From positions 331,870-395,869 of the forward strand of contig JAJYHZ010000001.1 of NCBI GenBank assembly GCA_021796335.1: a stretch of 64,000 bases of DNA. The letters run 5' to 3'. This document shows, in pieces, positions 29,552 to 40,029 of this stretch (the stretch's first letter is position 1; each line of letters opens with the position of its first letter). This DNA comes from a bacterium. Its GTDB lineage: Bacteria > Patescibacteriota > Minisyncoccia > UBA6257 > UBA9933. Under the pieces are notes generated by a model, which made no database searches, was not told the origin of the DNA, and was given only the letters and a program-made list of their open reading frames with translations. The position numbers and the translations under genes were made by a program.

Positions 29552-31459
29552 TTAAATGGTTTTTGGGTTGGATTCAACTAGGTAATCATTATGAACAAAA
29601 AACAGCCGGGCGGTATTCGCCAAAACAATTATCGAACTTACCTCATGGAATATTGCGGTCTGGAGTAATGTAATGACACCGAAAACAGCAAGAGCGCCTG
29701 CGATAACATGAATTGCCGTGGCTGAAATAAGATCCTGTTTTATGACTGAAATTATTCTTTTCGCATTATTGATTACTTCCGGAATTTTCAAAAGATTCTC
29801 TTCAACAAGCACGACATCCGCCGCATTAGTCGCAATATCCGTCCCGCGCACTCCCATTGCTATTCCGACAGCAGCCGCGGAAAGAGCGGGAGCGTCGTTA
29901 ATTCCGTCTCCGACCATAATCGCATGCTCATTTTTCAACTCCATCTCGTGAATCCGTGAAATTTTGTCCTGAGGCGAAAGATTGGCCGCGACTGCAGACT
30001 TATCAAGTTTTAAAAGTTCCGAAATATAGTTTGCGACCATCCGGTCATCTCCCGTCAAAATATGCAAATCATATCCTTCATTTTTCAATATCTGGATTAC
30101 TTTTGGCGTTTCCGGCCGCAACATATCGGCTATGAATATTCCGCCCAAGAGTTCTCCGTTTTTTGAAACAAAAACCGGCGTTTCTCCGTTATTTTCCCGC
30201 TCTGCGGCAATATTTGTAAAATCCTTATTGAATGTCACACGCTGATTCTCCAGAAATTTTCTGCTTCCCACCGCAAATTTATCGCCGCTTCGTTCGGCGG
30301 TAAGACCTCCGCCTTTCACGGTATGAACCTCCGAAAATTCGTTAATGGCAATATTTTTTTGCTCCGCTTCGCGGATAATCGCCCGGGCAATTTCATGCTC
30401 TGATTTTTTCTCCATCCCGGCCGCAAGCGCCAAAAAATTATTCTCGGCGGCATAATTATTCTCGTTTATTAAAACAACGTCTCGAACTGATGGCAAACCA
30501 ACAGTCAATGTTCCGGTTTTATCAAAAACGATATGTTTAATTTTAGTAAGATCTTCTATGGTTTCGGAATTTTTTATAAGAATTCCGATTTTAGCCGCCG
30601 TACTTATTCCGATACTGGCGGAAACCGGACCAATAATGGCGAAAATAATCGGAACCATGGCAATCCAAAGTCCCAAAGCATGGAAAAGATTGCCGGTCAG
30701 AGCATATACCGCAATAACCAAAAATGCGGCAACAACGGAAGTATACTTTGCATATTGATCGATAAATCGCGCAATTGGCGCTTTTTCCCGTCCCGCCTCT
30801 TCGGCAATTTTCCTTATTTGAGAAATCGTGGAATTTTCCCCCACCCGGGTAGCCCGTACCTCAAAATAATCCCCGGCATTAATGGATCCCGCCGGAATCT
30901 CAACTCCTTTTGCGGCAGAAATCGGCCGTGATTCGCCGGAAATTACCGATTCATCAAGCAATGCGGCATCGGAAATCAGAATACCGTCCGCTGGAACGCG
31001 GCCACCCGGCCGCACAGCGATCGTATCGTTAATTTTAATACCGGCAATATCAATTTCCTTAATTTCCTCTCCTATCTTAATAAATCCGGTATGCGGAAGA
31101 TAAACCGTTATTTTTTCAAGAGATTTCCGCACCCTTTGCAGAATAATATCCTTAAAAAGATCTCCGAAAATCATAATAAGGACAAAAGCTGCGGCAATGG
31201 AAATGGAATTAAGATACACTAAAAGATATACGGTAAGCAGCATGGAAATGCCGATATCGAATCTTCGATGAAAAATATCTTTTAAAGCGTTCATTGCCCG
31301 CGGCCATAATGCGATCGTAAGAAAAATAAACCCCGGCCATTTAAGCGGTAAATGATAATGATTCGAAGCCGCGTATAACAGCAATATAACGGGAAATAAG
31401 GCTCTAATAAGGAAACTTAGAATTATTTTTTTCATCTTGAGATTTATTTCAGCTGCCAT
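29552..31459 (-). CDS. P1B-type heavy-metal ATPase with non-canonical TM motif
   Basis: SGES, DKTGTLT, SEH, GDGINDAPAL, HEVSS; MVPIIF where CPC/SPC is expected. Confidence 0.85.
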   Translation of the reverse strand: MAAEINLKMKKIILSFLIRALFPVILLLYAASNHYHLPLKWPGFIFLTIALWPRAMNALKDIFHRRFDIGISMLLTVYLLVYLNSISIAAAFVLIMIFGDLFKDIILQRVRKSLEKITVYLPHTGFIKIGEEIKEIDIAGIKINDTIAVRPGGRVPADGILISDAALLDESVISGESRPISAAKGVEIPAGSINAGDYFEVRATRVGENSTISQIRKIAEEAGREKAPIARFIDQYAKYTSVVAAFLVIAVYALTGNLFHALGLWIAMVPIIFAIIGPVSASIGISTAAKIGILIKNSETIEDLTKIKHIVFDKTGTLTVGLPSVRDVVLINENNYAAENNFLALAAGMEKKSEHEIARAIIREAEQKNIAINEFSEVHTVKGGGLTAERSGDKFAVGSRKFLENQRVTFNKDFTNIAAERENNGETPVFVSKNGELLGGIFIADMLRPETPKVIQILKNEGYDLHILTGDDRMVANYISELLKLDKSAVAANLSPQDKISRIHEMELKNEHAIMVGDGINDAPALSAAAVGIAMGVRGTDIATNAADVVLVEENLLKIPEVINNAKRIISVIKQDLISATAIHVIAGALAVFGVITLLQTAIFHEVSSIIVLANTARLFFVHNDYLVESNPKTI

Positions 31460-31565
31460 AAAGCGTTCCCCGAGCTTACGCTTGAGGCATTGACTCTTTC
31501 AGACATTCGGCGGCAGGCGGCCGGAAATTCCGGCGCGCTTGCAAATTTTAGAATCATTGAAAAAT

Positions 31566-33992
31566 TTACGCAGTCGCAACATCGGGAACTTTCATAATCC
31601 AATAGGCTAGTAATTTTATCCGGTCATTGAAAAGAAACCATACAAGCGCATAAACCCACACAAAAAGTGCCCAACCCCAGCCGATTGGCGCCATAAATAT
31701 TCCGTAAACCGCGATAAAAGTGGCAACGGCTTGGGTAACGACAACTGCCCAAAACAATATTTTCGCCGGTCGCTTGGACCAGAACGGTCCTCGTGTGCGG
31801 GTAAGAAAAATAGTAAGATGCCCTGCCACAGAAAGCTTCAGGTACATAAGAGTCTGGATGTGCAATTTGTCGATATGGAATATCCGTTCGCCCAGATAAA
31901 AAAGTATAAACGTTGACACGACGCCAATCACGCCAAGCACGGTGGAAATACCAATAACTGTTTTCATTTCCCAGGCTTCCGGTTTTTTTTGATAATTAAC
32001 TTTGTCGTACGCAATGGAAAGAATCGCACCGTCGTTTAAAAGGGCAAGTATGACAATCATGATAGCCGTCACGGGATAAAAATTAAAAATAATAATGGAA
32101 AGAGTCATAAAGAAAAGCACACGCAAAGTCTCTGCCATTCGGTAAATCGCATAACTTTTCATTCGCTGAAAAATTTTTCGACTTTCTTTAATGGCATCGA
32201 TTATCACGGAAAGTCCCGGGGTAAGAAGAACAATTGACGCCGCTGCACGCGCGGCATCGGTTGCGCCGGAAACGGCAATTCCGCAATCCGCCCGCTTCAA
32301 AGCCGGAGCATCATTTACGCCATCGCCCGTCATTCCGACAATATGTCCGTGCTTTTGGAGAGCCCCCACTATGTTAAATTTATGTTCGGGGAATACCTGA
32401 GCGAATCCGTCCGCCTGCTCTATTTCATGAACGGTATTTTTATCTAAATCTTCACTGGTATTGGCGGATAATTCGCTCGCGTCAAAAAAATTTTCGCCCA
32501 TGCCCAGCTGCCTCGCTGTTTCTTTTGCGATTGCAAGCTGATCTCCCGTAACCATCTCCACTTTGACGCCCATATCGCGGGCAGTTGCAATGGTTTCCTT
32601 GGCGTCCAAACGTGGCGGGTCAAAAAGAGGCAGTATGCCTAAAAACTGCCATGCGCCTTCTTCATCCGTACGAGCAACGCCAAGCGAACGATACCCGCGC
32701 TTCGCGAATTCATCCACTGCTTCTTGCACGCGAAATTCAACCGCGCTTCTATTTTCCGCAAGCGCAAGAATTATCTGTACAGCTCCCATTGTTGTTTTAA
32801 AAATTTTTCCGTCCGGCGTTTTAACCGACGCCTCAGAACGCTTGCTTACCGGATCAAACGCCCGAAAATGAACGATCTCGTACGAATAAAGTTCGTTTTG
32901 ATTTTTTAGTCCGTTAATAACCGCGATATCTATAACGTCATTGTCTTCGGCTCGCGCGGCAAGAGCTCCCATAAGGACAATCTCTTCAGGGTTTAGATTG
33001 TTTAAGGTGAACGGCTCACCGAGCGTTAATGTATTTTGAGTAAGCGTTCCGGTTTTATCCGAACAAAGTGTGTCTATTCCGGCCAATTCTTCAATAGAAG
33101 AAAGTCTGCTTACAATTGCTTGCTTTTTGGCAAGAATCCGCGCACCAACCGCCATCGTAACTGAAAGAACAGTCGGCATTGCAACTGGAATTGCGGCAAT
33201 AAGCAAAACAAGGACAAATTCCAGAGTCGTCAAAAAAGGATCCCCTCTGAAAATAGCTATGCTAAGAATAAGCAGCACAAGAACCACGGCAAGAATAATA
33301 AGATAATTTCCTATTGCAATAACCGCACGCTGAAAATGGCTCATATCATGCGATTTCCCGGCAAGTTTTGCGGTTTTTCCAAAATAAGTTCGGCTGCCAG
33401 TTCCGTAAATAAACGCATCAATTTCACCGCGACGGACAATGGAACCGGAATAAACGGGGTCATTCGTGCTTCTGGTTACGGGAAGCGATTCGCCGGTAAG
33501 CGTGGACTGGTCCACTTCGATAGGATCGCCATCCAAAAGCCGCGAATCAGCCGGAATAATATCGCCGAGTCTTATGCGGATAACGTCTCCGGGAACAAGC
33601 AAACGCGCCTCTTTCGATATCCATTTTCCGTCACGCCTGACAAGCGCCTTAATCGCAAGTTTTGCCTTAAGCGCTTCGATTACGTTGCCCGCCTGGTATT
33701 CTTCAAAAAAACCTACTAATGCATTTGCGAAAAGCAAGACCAGAATGATAAAAAAGTCCGCCCAATGTCGTACGCCTGCCGACAGAATAAGAGCAGCTTC
33801 AATCATCCAAGGAATCGGCCCCCAGAAATAAGAAAAAAATTTAAAAAACGGATTCTGTTTTTTTTCTGCGATTTCATTCGGACCATATTCTGAAAACCGC
33901 TTTTCCGCTTCAGCAGAAGTAAGTCCGCCCGAAGTCGCGCCAAGCTCTCTTTCTAATTCGCTTAAAGATACCGATTGCGGATTATCAATCAT
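31566..33992 (-). CDS. Plasma-membrane proton-efflux P-type ATPase (P3A)
   Basis: FWGPIPWMIEAA, IPVAMPTVLSVTMAVGA, DKTGTLT, LNDGAILSIAYD. Confidence 0.93.
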   Translation of the reverse strand: MIDNPQSVSLSELERELGATSGGLTSAEAEKRFSEYGPNEIAEKKQNPFFKFFSYFWGPIPWMIEAALILSAGVRHWADFFIILVLLFANALVGFFEEYQAGNVIEALKAKLAIKALVRRDGKWISKEARLLVPGDVIRIRLGDIIPADSRLLDGDPIEVDQSTLTGESLPVTRSTNDPVYSGSIVRRGEIDAFIYGTGSRTYFGKTAKLAGKSHDMSHFQRAVIAIGNYLIILAVVLVLLILSIAIFRGDPFLTTLEFVLVLLIAAIPVAMPTVLSVTMAVGARILAKKQAIVSRLSSIEELAGIDTLCSDKTGTLTQNTLTLGEPFTLNNLNPEEIVLMGALAARAEDNDVIDIAVINGLKNQNELYSYEIVHFRAFDPVSKRSEASVKTPDGKIFKTTMGAVQIILALAENRSAVEFRVQEAVDEFAKRGYRSLGVARTDEEGAWQFLGILPLFDPPRLDAKETIATARDMGVKVEMVTGDQLAIAKETARQLGMGENFFDASELSANTSEDLDKNTVHEIEQADGFAQVFPEHKFNIVGALQKHGHIVGMTGDGVNDAPALKRADCGIAVSGATDAARAAASIVLLTPGLSVIIDAIKESRKIFQRMKSYAIYRMAETLRVLFFMTLSIIIFNFYPVTAIMIVILALLNDGAILSIAYDKVNYQKKPEAWEMKTVIGISTVLGVIGVVSTFILFYLGERIFHIDKLHIQTLMYLKLSVAGHLTIFLTRTRGPFWSKRPAKILFWAVVVTQAVATFIAVYGIFMAPIGWGWALFVWVYALVWFLFNDRIKLLAYWIMKVPDVATA

Positions 33993-34058
33993 ATCTTTAA
34001 ATTATAGTTCTTGAAAAATAAATTTCAATTTGTCAAAATCCTCTCAAAAAATAAAATG

Positions 34059-35807
34059 CTATTTTGTAACCGAAGAATTATTCATCGATTGCAAATTCCA
34101 AAAATTTCTATAAACACTGTTTTGTTTGTCTAATAAATCTTGATGATTCCCGATTTCCACGATCTTGCCTCTCTCTAAAATGATTATTTTATCCGCATTC
34201 ATAACAGTGCTCAACCTGTGCGCTATTATAAAAGTGGTCCTATTTTTAATTAATCTTTCCAAAGCTTCTTGAACCAATTTTTCGGAAACCGAATCCAGCG
34301 AAGAAGTGGCTTCATCTAAAATGAGAAATTTGGGGTTGCGCAAGATTGCCCTTGCAATCGCAATTCTCTGTTTTTGCCCACCTGAAAGTTTTATTCCTCT
34401 TTCTCCGACTATTTGATTGTACTTTTTCGGGAAACTTTTAATAAAACTATCTGCATTTGCCGCCCGAGCCGCTGCCACGATTTCTTCAGTCGTCGCTTTC
34501 GGATTCCCGTATTTGATATTATTTTTAATCGTATCATTAAATAAAATAATCTCCTGAGGGACTAAGACCATATTACTTCTCAACGACTTAAGGGTAATTT
34601 TTCTGATATCTTTCCCATCAATTAAAATTTTTCCGGAATTAGGCAAATAATATCTGCCCAGCAAACGGGCCAAAGTTGATTTCCCCACTCCGCTTTTCCC
34701 TACAATTGCCGCGGTCTCTCCGGAATTTATTTTAAAAGATACATTGTTTAAAATCGGTTTTTTCTTCTTATACCCAAAACTGACATTTTCAAAAATAACT
34801 TCTCCCTTCATCTCGCTCAAATCTTTTGCTCCCGGAAAATTTTTTTCTTTCAAAACGTCGTAATATTGGGCAGCCTTCTTTACACTCAAAACACCCACTC
34901 TGGCCAAACGATATTGTTCCGCCAATTGTGACAACGGCGAGAAAATGAATCCAATATACCCTATAAACATAACCAATGTCCCTGGAGTAAGGGAGTTATT
35001 TCTCAACATAAAAACGCTTATTGAAAAAATAGAAACAAAACTGAAACTGAAAATCACCCTTTGCCAAGCATTCATTTTATGCCAAATCATCAGCCACCTC
35101 ATATAAGTCTGTCCCACAGCATTAAATCCCCTGGAATTTTTCTGCCTTTCATATCTTTCAGTTACCGCCGCTTTAACCGATTCCGTATTCAAAACAACAT
35201 CGTAAATATTTCCATAAACACGGTCCCATCCTTGATTAATGGTTTTTTGATTTTTGACTATTTCTTTTGTGTATTGAAATGTCACTAAAACATACAAAAA
35301 TCCGGAAATTAATAAAATCAAACTTAATTTCCACTGCACAAAAATAAGAATAATCAATCCAACAATTAAAGAAACCATTCCCGGCAAGAAATTGAATAAC
35401 GTTCTTTCAATCAAGGCTGAAAGTTGATCCATTCCCCTGTCAATTCTTTTTAAAACTTCTCCGATCTTTTTCTCTTTATGAAATTTTAAAGGCACCTCGG
35501 TTAGATGAGAGTAGAGATCAACGTACATTTCATTGGAAACGTCATTTGCTATTTCCGAAGCAATCCTCTTCGTCCATAAATCCAACCAATCGCCCAGAAG
35601 CGACAAAAAAAGCCAGACCGCAATAATTCCGAATATCAAATCTAAAGAAGAGCTCGGTTTTATAGCAATATCAACCAATTTCCCGTAAAGATAAGGGATA
35701 AAAGCCGTTATGGCGCTTACGAATAAAGCGGCAAAAATCCCCCGGAAAAACTTCCTTTTTTCGATCCTTTCCCATATTAAATTGAATTCTTTGGGAAGTT
35801 TTACCAT
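34059..35807 (-). CDS. ABC exporter, fused permease and ATPase (MsbA/Atm1-like)
   Basis: 6 TM plus GKSGVGKST, LSGGQKQRIAIAR, DEATSSLD, AHRLST. Confidence 0.93.
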   Translation of the reverse strand: MVKLPKEFNLIWERIEKRKFFRGIFAALFVSAITAFIPYLYGKLVDIAIKPSSSLDLIFGIIAVWLFLSLLGDWLDLWTKRIASEIANDVSNEMYVDLYSHLTEVPLKFHKEKKIGEVLKRIDRGMDQLSALIERTLFNFLPGMVSLIVGLIILIFVQWKLSLILLISGFLYVLVTFQYTKEIVKNQKTINQGWDRVYGNIYDVVLNTESVKAAVTERYERQKNSRGFNAVGQTYMRWLMIWHKMNAWQRVIFSFSFVSIFSISVFMLRNNSLTPGTLVMFIGYIGFIFSPLSQLAEQYRLARVGVLSVKKAAQYYDVLKEKNFPGAKDLSEMKGEVIFENVSFGYKKKKPILNNVSFKINSGETAAIVGKSGVGKSTLARLLGRYYLPNSGKILIDGKDIRKITLKSLRSNMVLVPQEIILFNDTIKNNIKYGNPKATTEEIVAAARAANADSFIKSFPKKYNQIVGERGIKLSGGQKQRIAIARAILRNPKFLILDEATSSLDSVSEKLVQEALERLIKNRTTFIIAHRLSTVMNADKIIILERGKIVEIGNHQDLLDKQNSVYRNFWNLQSMNNSSVTK

Positions 35808-35930
35808 AAAATTAAAAAGCGACTAATAAATAATCGCTATTTAACGAATATTAAATTATACCACAAAGAATATAATAGTCAATCGAAAGGTAAATAATGC
35901 CTTTCGGTTATTTTGGAGGCCCGATTTATT

Positions 35931-36731
35931 CTAACTTATTATATGCCATTTTTTTACCTCAGCTTCTCGGGTTAATTTGTTATTTCTATTTACAACTGCT
36001 TTGATTTTTGAATATTCAAGCATTGGCAGATCATTCATGCTATCGCCCACTCCGATCAATGGCTTTGATTCACTGTCTATATAGCGCTTAATGCAATCAA
36101 CTTTGCCGATTCCCAGCGTAAATGGCTCTATGAAATCATCTATAAAAATTCCGTTTTCTTTCTTTAACCTCATGCCTATGCAATCCGCCGATAAGTTATA
36201 ATATTTTAAAGCAGCTTTTATAACCGGCTCCGAAGATGCCGTTATAACATAAACCCTTATCCTTTTGGAAATGATATTGCTCATCAAATTAATCACATTT
36301 TTTCTAATAACCAGTCCTTTTGCGATTTCGACTCCGAAAAGATTACCTCTGACTGGAATATTGCCCTCGGATTTGATTGTTGCAACGGTTAATTTTGCGA
36401 CATCTTCTTCCGTAAATCCTGCCAAGGTCCTGACCGCGTATTTATAAGAATCTGTAAATCCATCCTTGAGAAGATCATGATATTTAAGAAAAACTTGTTT
36501 ATGATAATCTTCTCTATTTTCGGCCAATGAGCAATTCTCAACCAATTTGCCGTTCTTTATTAAAGAATTCCTGCACATATAAGCAAGCAAGGCCTCTTGG
36601 ACGTCATTCACTATGCAACTGTTATCAAAATCAAAAACCGCGAAATTCTCTCCAGTTATATTTTTCTGAAGCTCTTTTTTAATATCTTCTGATATGGAAG
36701 TTAAAATGTCATTCATCTTATAATCAGCCAT
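35931..36731 (-). CDS. HAD-superfamily hydrolase (subfamily IB)
   Basis: FDFDNS, TAS, GK, GDSMND. Confidence 0.85.
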   Translation of the reverse strand: MADYKMNDILTSISEDIKKELQKNITGENFAVFDFDNSCIVNDVQEALLAYMCRNSLIKNGKLVENCSLAENREDYHKQVFLKYHDLLKDGFTDSYKYAVRTLAGFTEEDVAKLTVATIKSEGNIPVRGNLFGVEIAKGLVIRKNVINLMSNIISKRIRVYVITASSEPVIKAALKYYNLSADCIGMRLKKENGIFIDDFIEPFTLGIGKVDCIKRYIDSESKPLIGVGDSMNDLPMLEYSKIKAVVNRNNKLTREAEVKKWHIIS

Positions 36732-36764
36732 ACGCTATTTATATTATTGCTATTAGCCGATCAG

Positions 36765-37340
36765 CTATTTCGTCTTCACCCCCTGATCCCAATAAAATCC
36801 GGGAATAAAAATGGAGACTTGAGCGTTTTTTCTGGCATTATTCAACCAATCGTTTATGTTGCTTCCCCCCATTGCCAGCCGTCCGTCCAAAATTTCTTCT
36901 TTGGCCTGAGGAATTAATACGTAATCTTTGAACTCATAATTGGATAAACCGTATAAAATTTCCGTTCCTTGTTTAAGACTTTGATCATCCAAATTTATGT
37001 TGCTTAATTTATTGTCCAGAATTTGATTCAAATCATTTGAAGAAATTCGTTTGGCTAATTCTTGGTCAATCAGAGAATCATCTACCATGGAATCCAAAGT
37101 TGCTCTTTTTATCTCATTTTGAGAACCGCTGGAATCCAAAATCTTCAGATCTTTATTTTCTATCTTTAAATCGTTTTGGTAAAAATGCCGGGCAATGTCG
37201 TAATTGCGGGAAAATTGATAAAAGAAAATGGGCTTTCCATTTACCGTCGCAACCGGCCAATAACCGACAAAAACCAAGATTAAAATAACCGCCAAAACGA
37301 CTAAACCTATTATTATTGAAATTTGTTTAATGGACATCAA
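36765..37340 (-). CDS. SurA N-terminal domain-like protein
   Basis: TM, PVATVNGKPI, LDSMVDDSLI.QE. Confidence 0.75.
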   Translation of the reverse strand: MMSIKQISIIIGLVVLAVILILVFVGYWPVATVNGKPIFFYQFSRNYDIARHFYQNDLKIENKDLKILDSSGSQNEIKRATLDSMVDDSLIDQELAKRISSNDLNQILDNKLSNINLDDQSLKQGTEILYGLSNYEFKDYVLIPQAKEEILDGRLAMGGSNINDWLNNARKNAQVSIFIPGFYWDQGVKTK

Positions 37341-37395
37341 AAAATAGTTAATGAGTTCGCGTGTTAACGGATTATTTTAAATTTATTAATAACCC

Positions 37396-37656
37396 TTACT
37401 GGGTGATAATCATCATTTGTTCATCCGGCTTTTTGTAGTTGAATTTCGATCTTAGTTCCTTTTCTAAATTTTGAGGGTTGGAGAAATAATCGACTTGCGC
37501 CTTTAAATCCGCATTCTCTTTTTGAATAGAATTGTATTCATCCGTCATTTGCGTAAGATCGTTCTTTAATTTCTGTTCTTGTCGGAATGTGATAATCGTT
37601 TGCGCAAGTAATGCCCCCGCAAAAATAACCAATATCGCAAAAATAACTTTTTTCAT
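37396..37656 (-). CDS. Septum formation initiator (FtsB/DivIC family)
   Basis: TM, coiled coil, EKELRSKFNYKKPDE. Confidence 0.85.
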   Translation of the reverse strand: MKKVIFAILVIFAGALLAQTIITFRQEQKLKNDLTQMTDEYNSIQKENADLKAQVDYFSNPQNLEKELRSKFNYKKPDEQMMIITQ

Positions 37657-37680
37657 TCCGTTTATTATATAACAGCCGCA

Positions 37681-39465
37681 TCACTTCTTCAAAAGTTCCT
37701 TGAATACTTCCGCAGAAATATTTACTTTTGCCATTCCCAGCAGTTTTTTCTTTCCTTCCTTCTGTTTTTTCCATAATTTCATTTTTCTCGTCCTATCTCC
37801 CCCGTACAGATATCCCGTCACGTCCTTCCTCATGGCCGGAATCGTTTCCCGAGCGATGATTCTTGATCCGTTAACGACCTGAATCGCTTGAAGAAATTGC
37901 TGCTGAGGCAACAACCTTTTCAATCTCTCCGCCATTTGTCTGGCTTCGTATTCCATTTCCGATTTCGGAACGATGCGCGAAAGACCGGTTACCATATCGC
38001 CTGCCACTAAAACATCGATTCTCGCCAAATCCGCTTTTTTATAATCGCTTAATTGGTAGCTGAAAGAAGCGAACCCATGCGTTGCCGATTTCATCTGATC
38101 GTCGAAATCCGAAATTAATTCCACCAAAGGCATTTGCGTTTTTATTAAAATCCTTTCTCCTATGTTTTCCGTTTCCAAATTCCCCATCCTGAAAACATCT
38201 TTCAACTTCAAAATGCTCCCAAGATAAACTGCCGGAGTCAAAATTTCCAAATCAATCATCGGTTCCCAAATCTCTTCATATTCAGCCGGCAAATCTCCCG
38301 GTTTATCTATTGTGATAAATTTATTTCTCGCTTTTACGTTGTATGAAACCGAAGGAAAAGAATTCACCGTCCGTACATTAAATTCTTTTTCCAGCCTTTG
38401 GCTCGTAATTTCAAAATGAAGCTTTCCCAAAAATCCAACTTTAAATCCGCGCCCCAAAACTTCGTTTGCATCCGGTTCTATTTTTAATGCCGGATCGTTT
38501 AATCTTAATTTTTGGAAAGATTTTTTTAATTCTTCGTATTTATCTCCTTCGTTCGGAAAAAAGGATACAAAAACCCTTGCCTGCGGCTCTTCGTATCCGC
38601 CAATAGCCTCGTCTCCGATCGTATCTCCGATTTTCAACTTATCCGGATCTTTTATTCCCGTCGCGATGTATCCGATATCTCCGGCCTCGATTTTATTTTC
38701 CGCTTTCATTTGCGGGCTGAAATATCCAATTTCTTTTATTTTTATTTTTGCATTTGCCGCAATCAGTTTTGTATCCTGATGAGCCCTGAATTCTCCGCCG
38801 AAGACCCTCACAAAAGCGATTATTCCCTTGTGATCGTCATAAAGCGAATCAAACACCAATGCAGAATTTTTATAATTTTTTCCTTCGGCATTCCGCGTTC
38901 TTTCGGCATATTTCTGCGACAACGCAGGAGCGGGAATTTTTTCAATAATGCCCCGCAATAAATCTTCAACCCCGGCTCCGGTTTTTCCGGAAATCCTATA
39001 AATTTCATTTTCTTCGCAACCGATTAATTTTGCGGTTTCTTTAATGATTTCGTTAAGTTGCACCGGATTAAGATCAATTTTATTCACTGCGCCGATTATT
39101 TTTAATCCAGCCTTTTTCGCCATCTCAAAATTCGCCAAAGTTTGCGCTTGAATTCCCTGAGTCGCGTCTACCAGCAAAACCACCCCTTCCACGGCCTTAA
39201 AAGACCGCGAAACCTCATACCCGAAATCCGGATGCCCGGGAGTATCAATCAGATTCAGAATATATCCATCATAAACCATCCTGACAGGAGTCATTTTTAT
39301 CGTAATTCCTCTTTCCCTCTCCAATTCCAACGAATCCAAAAATTGATCCTTCATTTCTCTTGGCTCAACTGTTTTGGTTATTTCCAACATTCTATCTGCT
39401 AATGTAGATTTTCCATGATCAATATGCGCGATAATGCAAAAATTCCGAATATTTTCTAAAATCAT
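37681..39465 (-). CDS. lepA: Elongation factor 4 (LepA)
   Basis: IRNFCIIAHIDHGKSTLADR, ERERGITIK, GGDRTRKMKL. Confidence 0.97.
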   Translation of the reverse strand: MILENIRNFCIIAHIDHGKSTLADRMLEITKTVEPREMKDQFLDSLELERERGITIKMTPVRMVYDGYILNLIDTPGHPDFGYEVSRSFKAVEGVVLLVDATQGIQAQTLANFEMAKKAGLKIIGAVNKIDLNPVQLNEIIKETAKLIGCEENEIYRISGKTGAGVEDLLRGIIEKIPAPALSQKYAERTRNAEGKNYKNSALVFDSLYDDHKGIIAFVRVFGGEFRAHQDTKLIAANAKIKIKEIGYFSPQMKAENKIEAGDIGYIATGIKDPDKLKIGDTIGDEAIGGYEEPQARVFVSFFPNEGDKYEELKKSFQKLRLNDPALKIEPDANEVLGRGFKVGFLGKLHFEITSQRLEKEFNVRTVNSFPSVSYNVKARNKFITIDKPGDLPAEYEEIWEPMIDLEILTPAVYLGSILKLKDVFRMGNLETENIGERILIKTQMPLVELISDFDDQMKSATHGFASFSYQLSDYKKADLARIDVLVAGDMVTGLSRIVPKSEMEYEARQMAERLKRLLPQQQFLQAIQVVNGSRIIARETIPAMRKDVTGYLYGGDRTRKMKLWKKQKEGKKKLLGMAKVNISAEVFKELLKK

Positions 39466-39598
39466 TTTAAAAAATCCTCTGCAAGAGGATAAAAATTCAT
39501 CTGTTATTTATTAATCATGCCCTAAAAACCCTGCCTTGACAAGAGAGAGAGAAGATATGATGTATTATAAAGGTAATCAAAAAATTAATAAATCTTTT

Positions 39599-39874
39599 AT
39601 GGAAAAATACGAATCGCCTTTCGAAGGAGATAAAAAAGCAGAAGAAATAATGGCTGAAGGAGAAAGGAAAATGAGCGAGTAAAGAAAAGATGCTTATTAC
39701 AACGGTTTTCGTATGGGGTTTGAAAAGGGGGTATCAAGGTTTACTGACGAAATTAAAAATAAAACAGAAGGAGAAAGAAAATTGCACCTTAATGATAGAA
39801 TTGAAATTGGAATGAATAGCGACAATACAATAAAGGAAGAGTCCGTCGAGTTAATCATCTCACCGGAGATATAG
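39599..39874 (+). pseudogene. Hypothetical protein gene with in-frame TAA
   Basis: MEKYESPFEGDKKAEEIMAEGERKMSE*RKDAYYNGFRMG...; TTGACA promoter upstream, terminator at 39971-39999. Confidence 0.55.
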
Positions 39875-39970
39875 TTATTGATGTCGCGAACAACCGTCCT
39901 TTTCATGATAATGAAATAGAGATAAACATAAAGAAGATTACAAAAATAAGGCACTTAAAAAATAAATAAA

Positions 39971-39999
39971 AAAAGAATCGGACATTGTCCGATTCTTTT
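39971..39999. terminator. Bidirectional terminator
   Basis: aaaagaatcggaca t tgtccgattctttt. Confidence 0.8.
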
Positions 40000-40029
40000 T
40001 GCTAACATCTAATTTCTAAAAACTAACAA

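Noticed and set aside
29555-29580. tgggttggattcaa as another TIR remnant at the obgE start
   Set aside because: Only one weak arm, with no partner arm or duplication.
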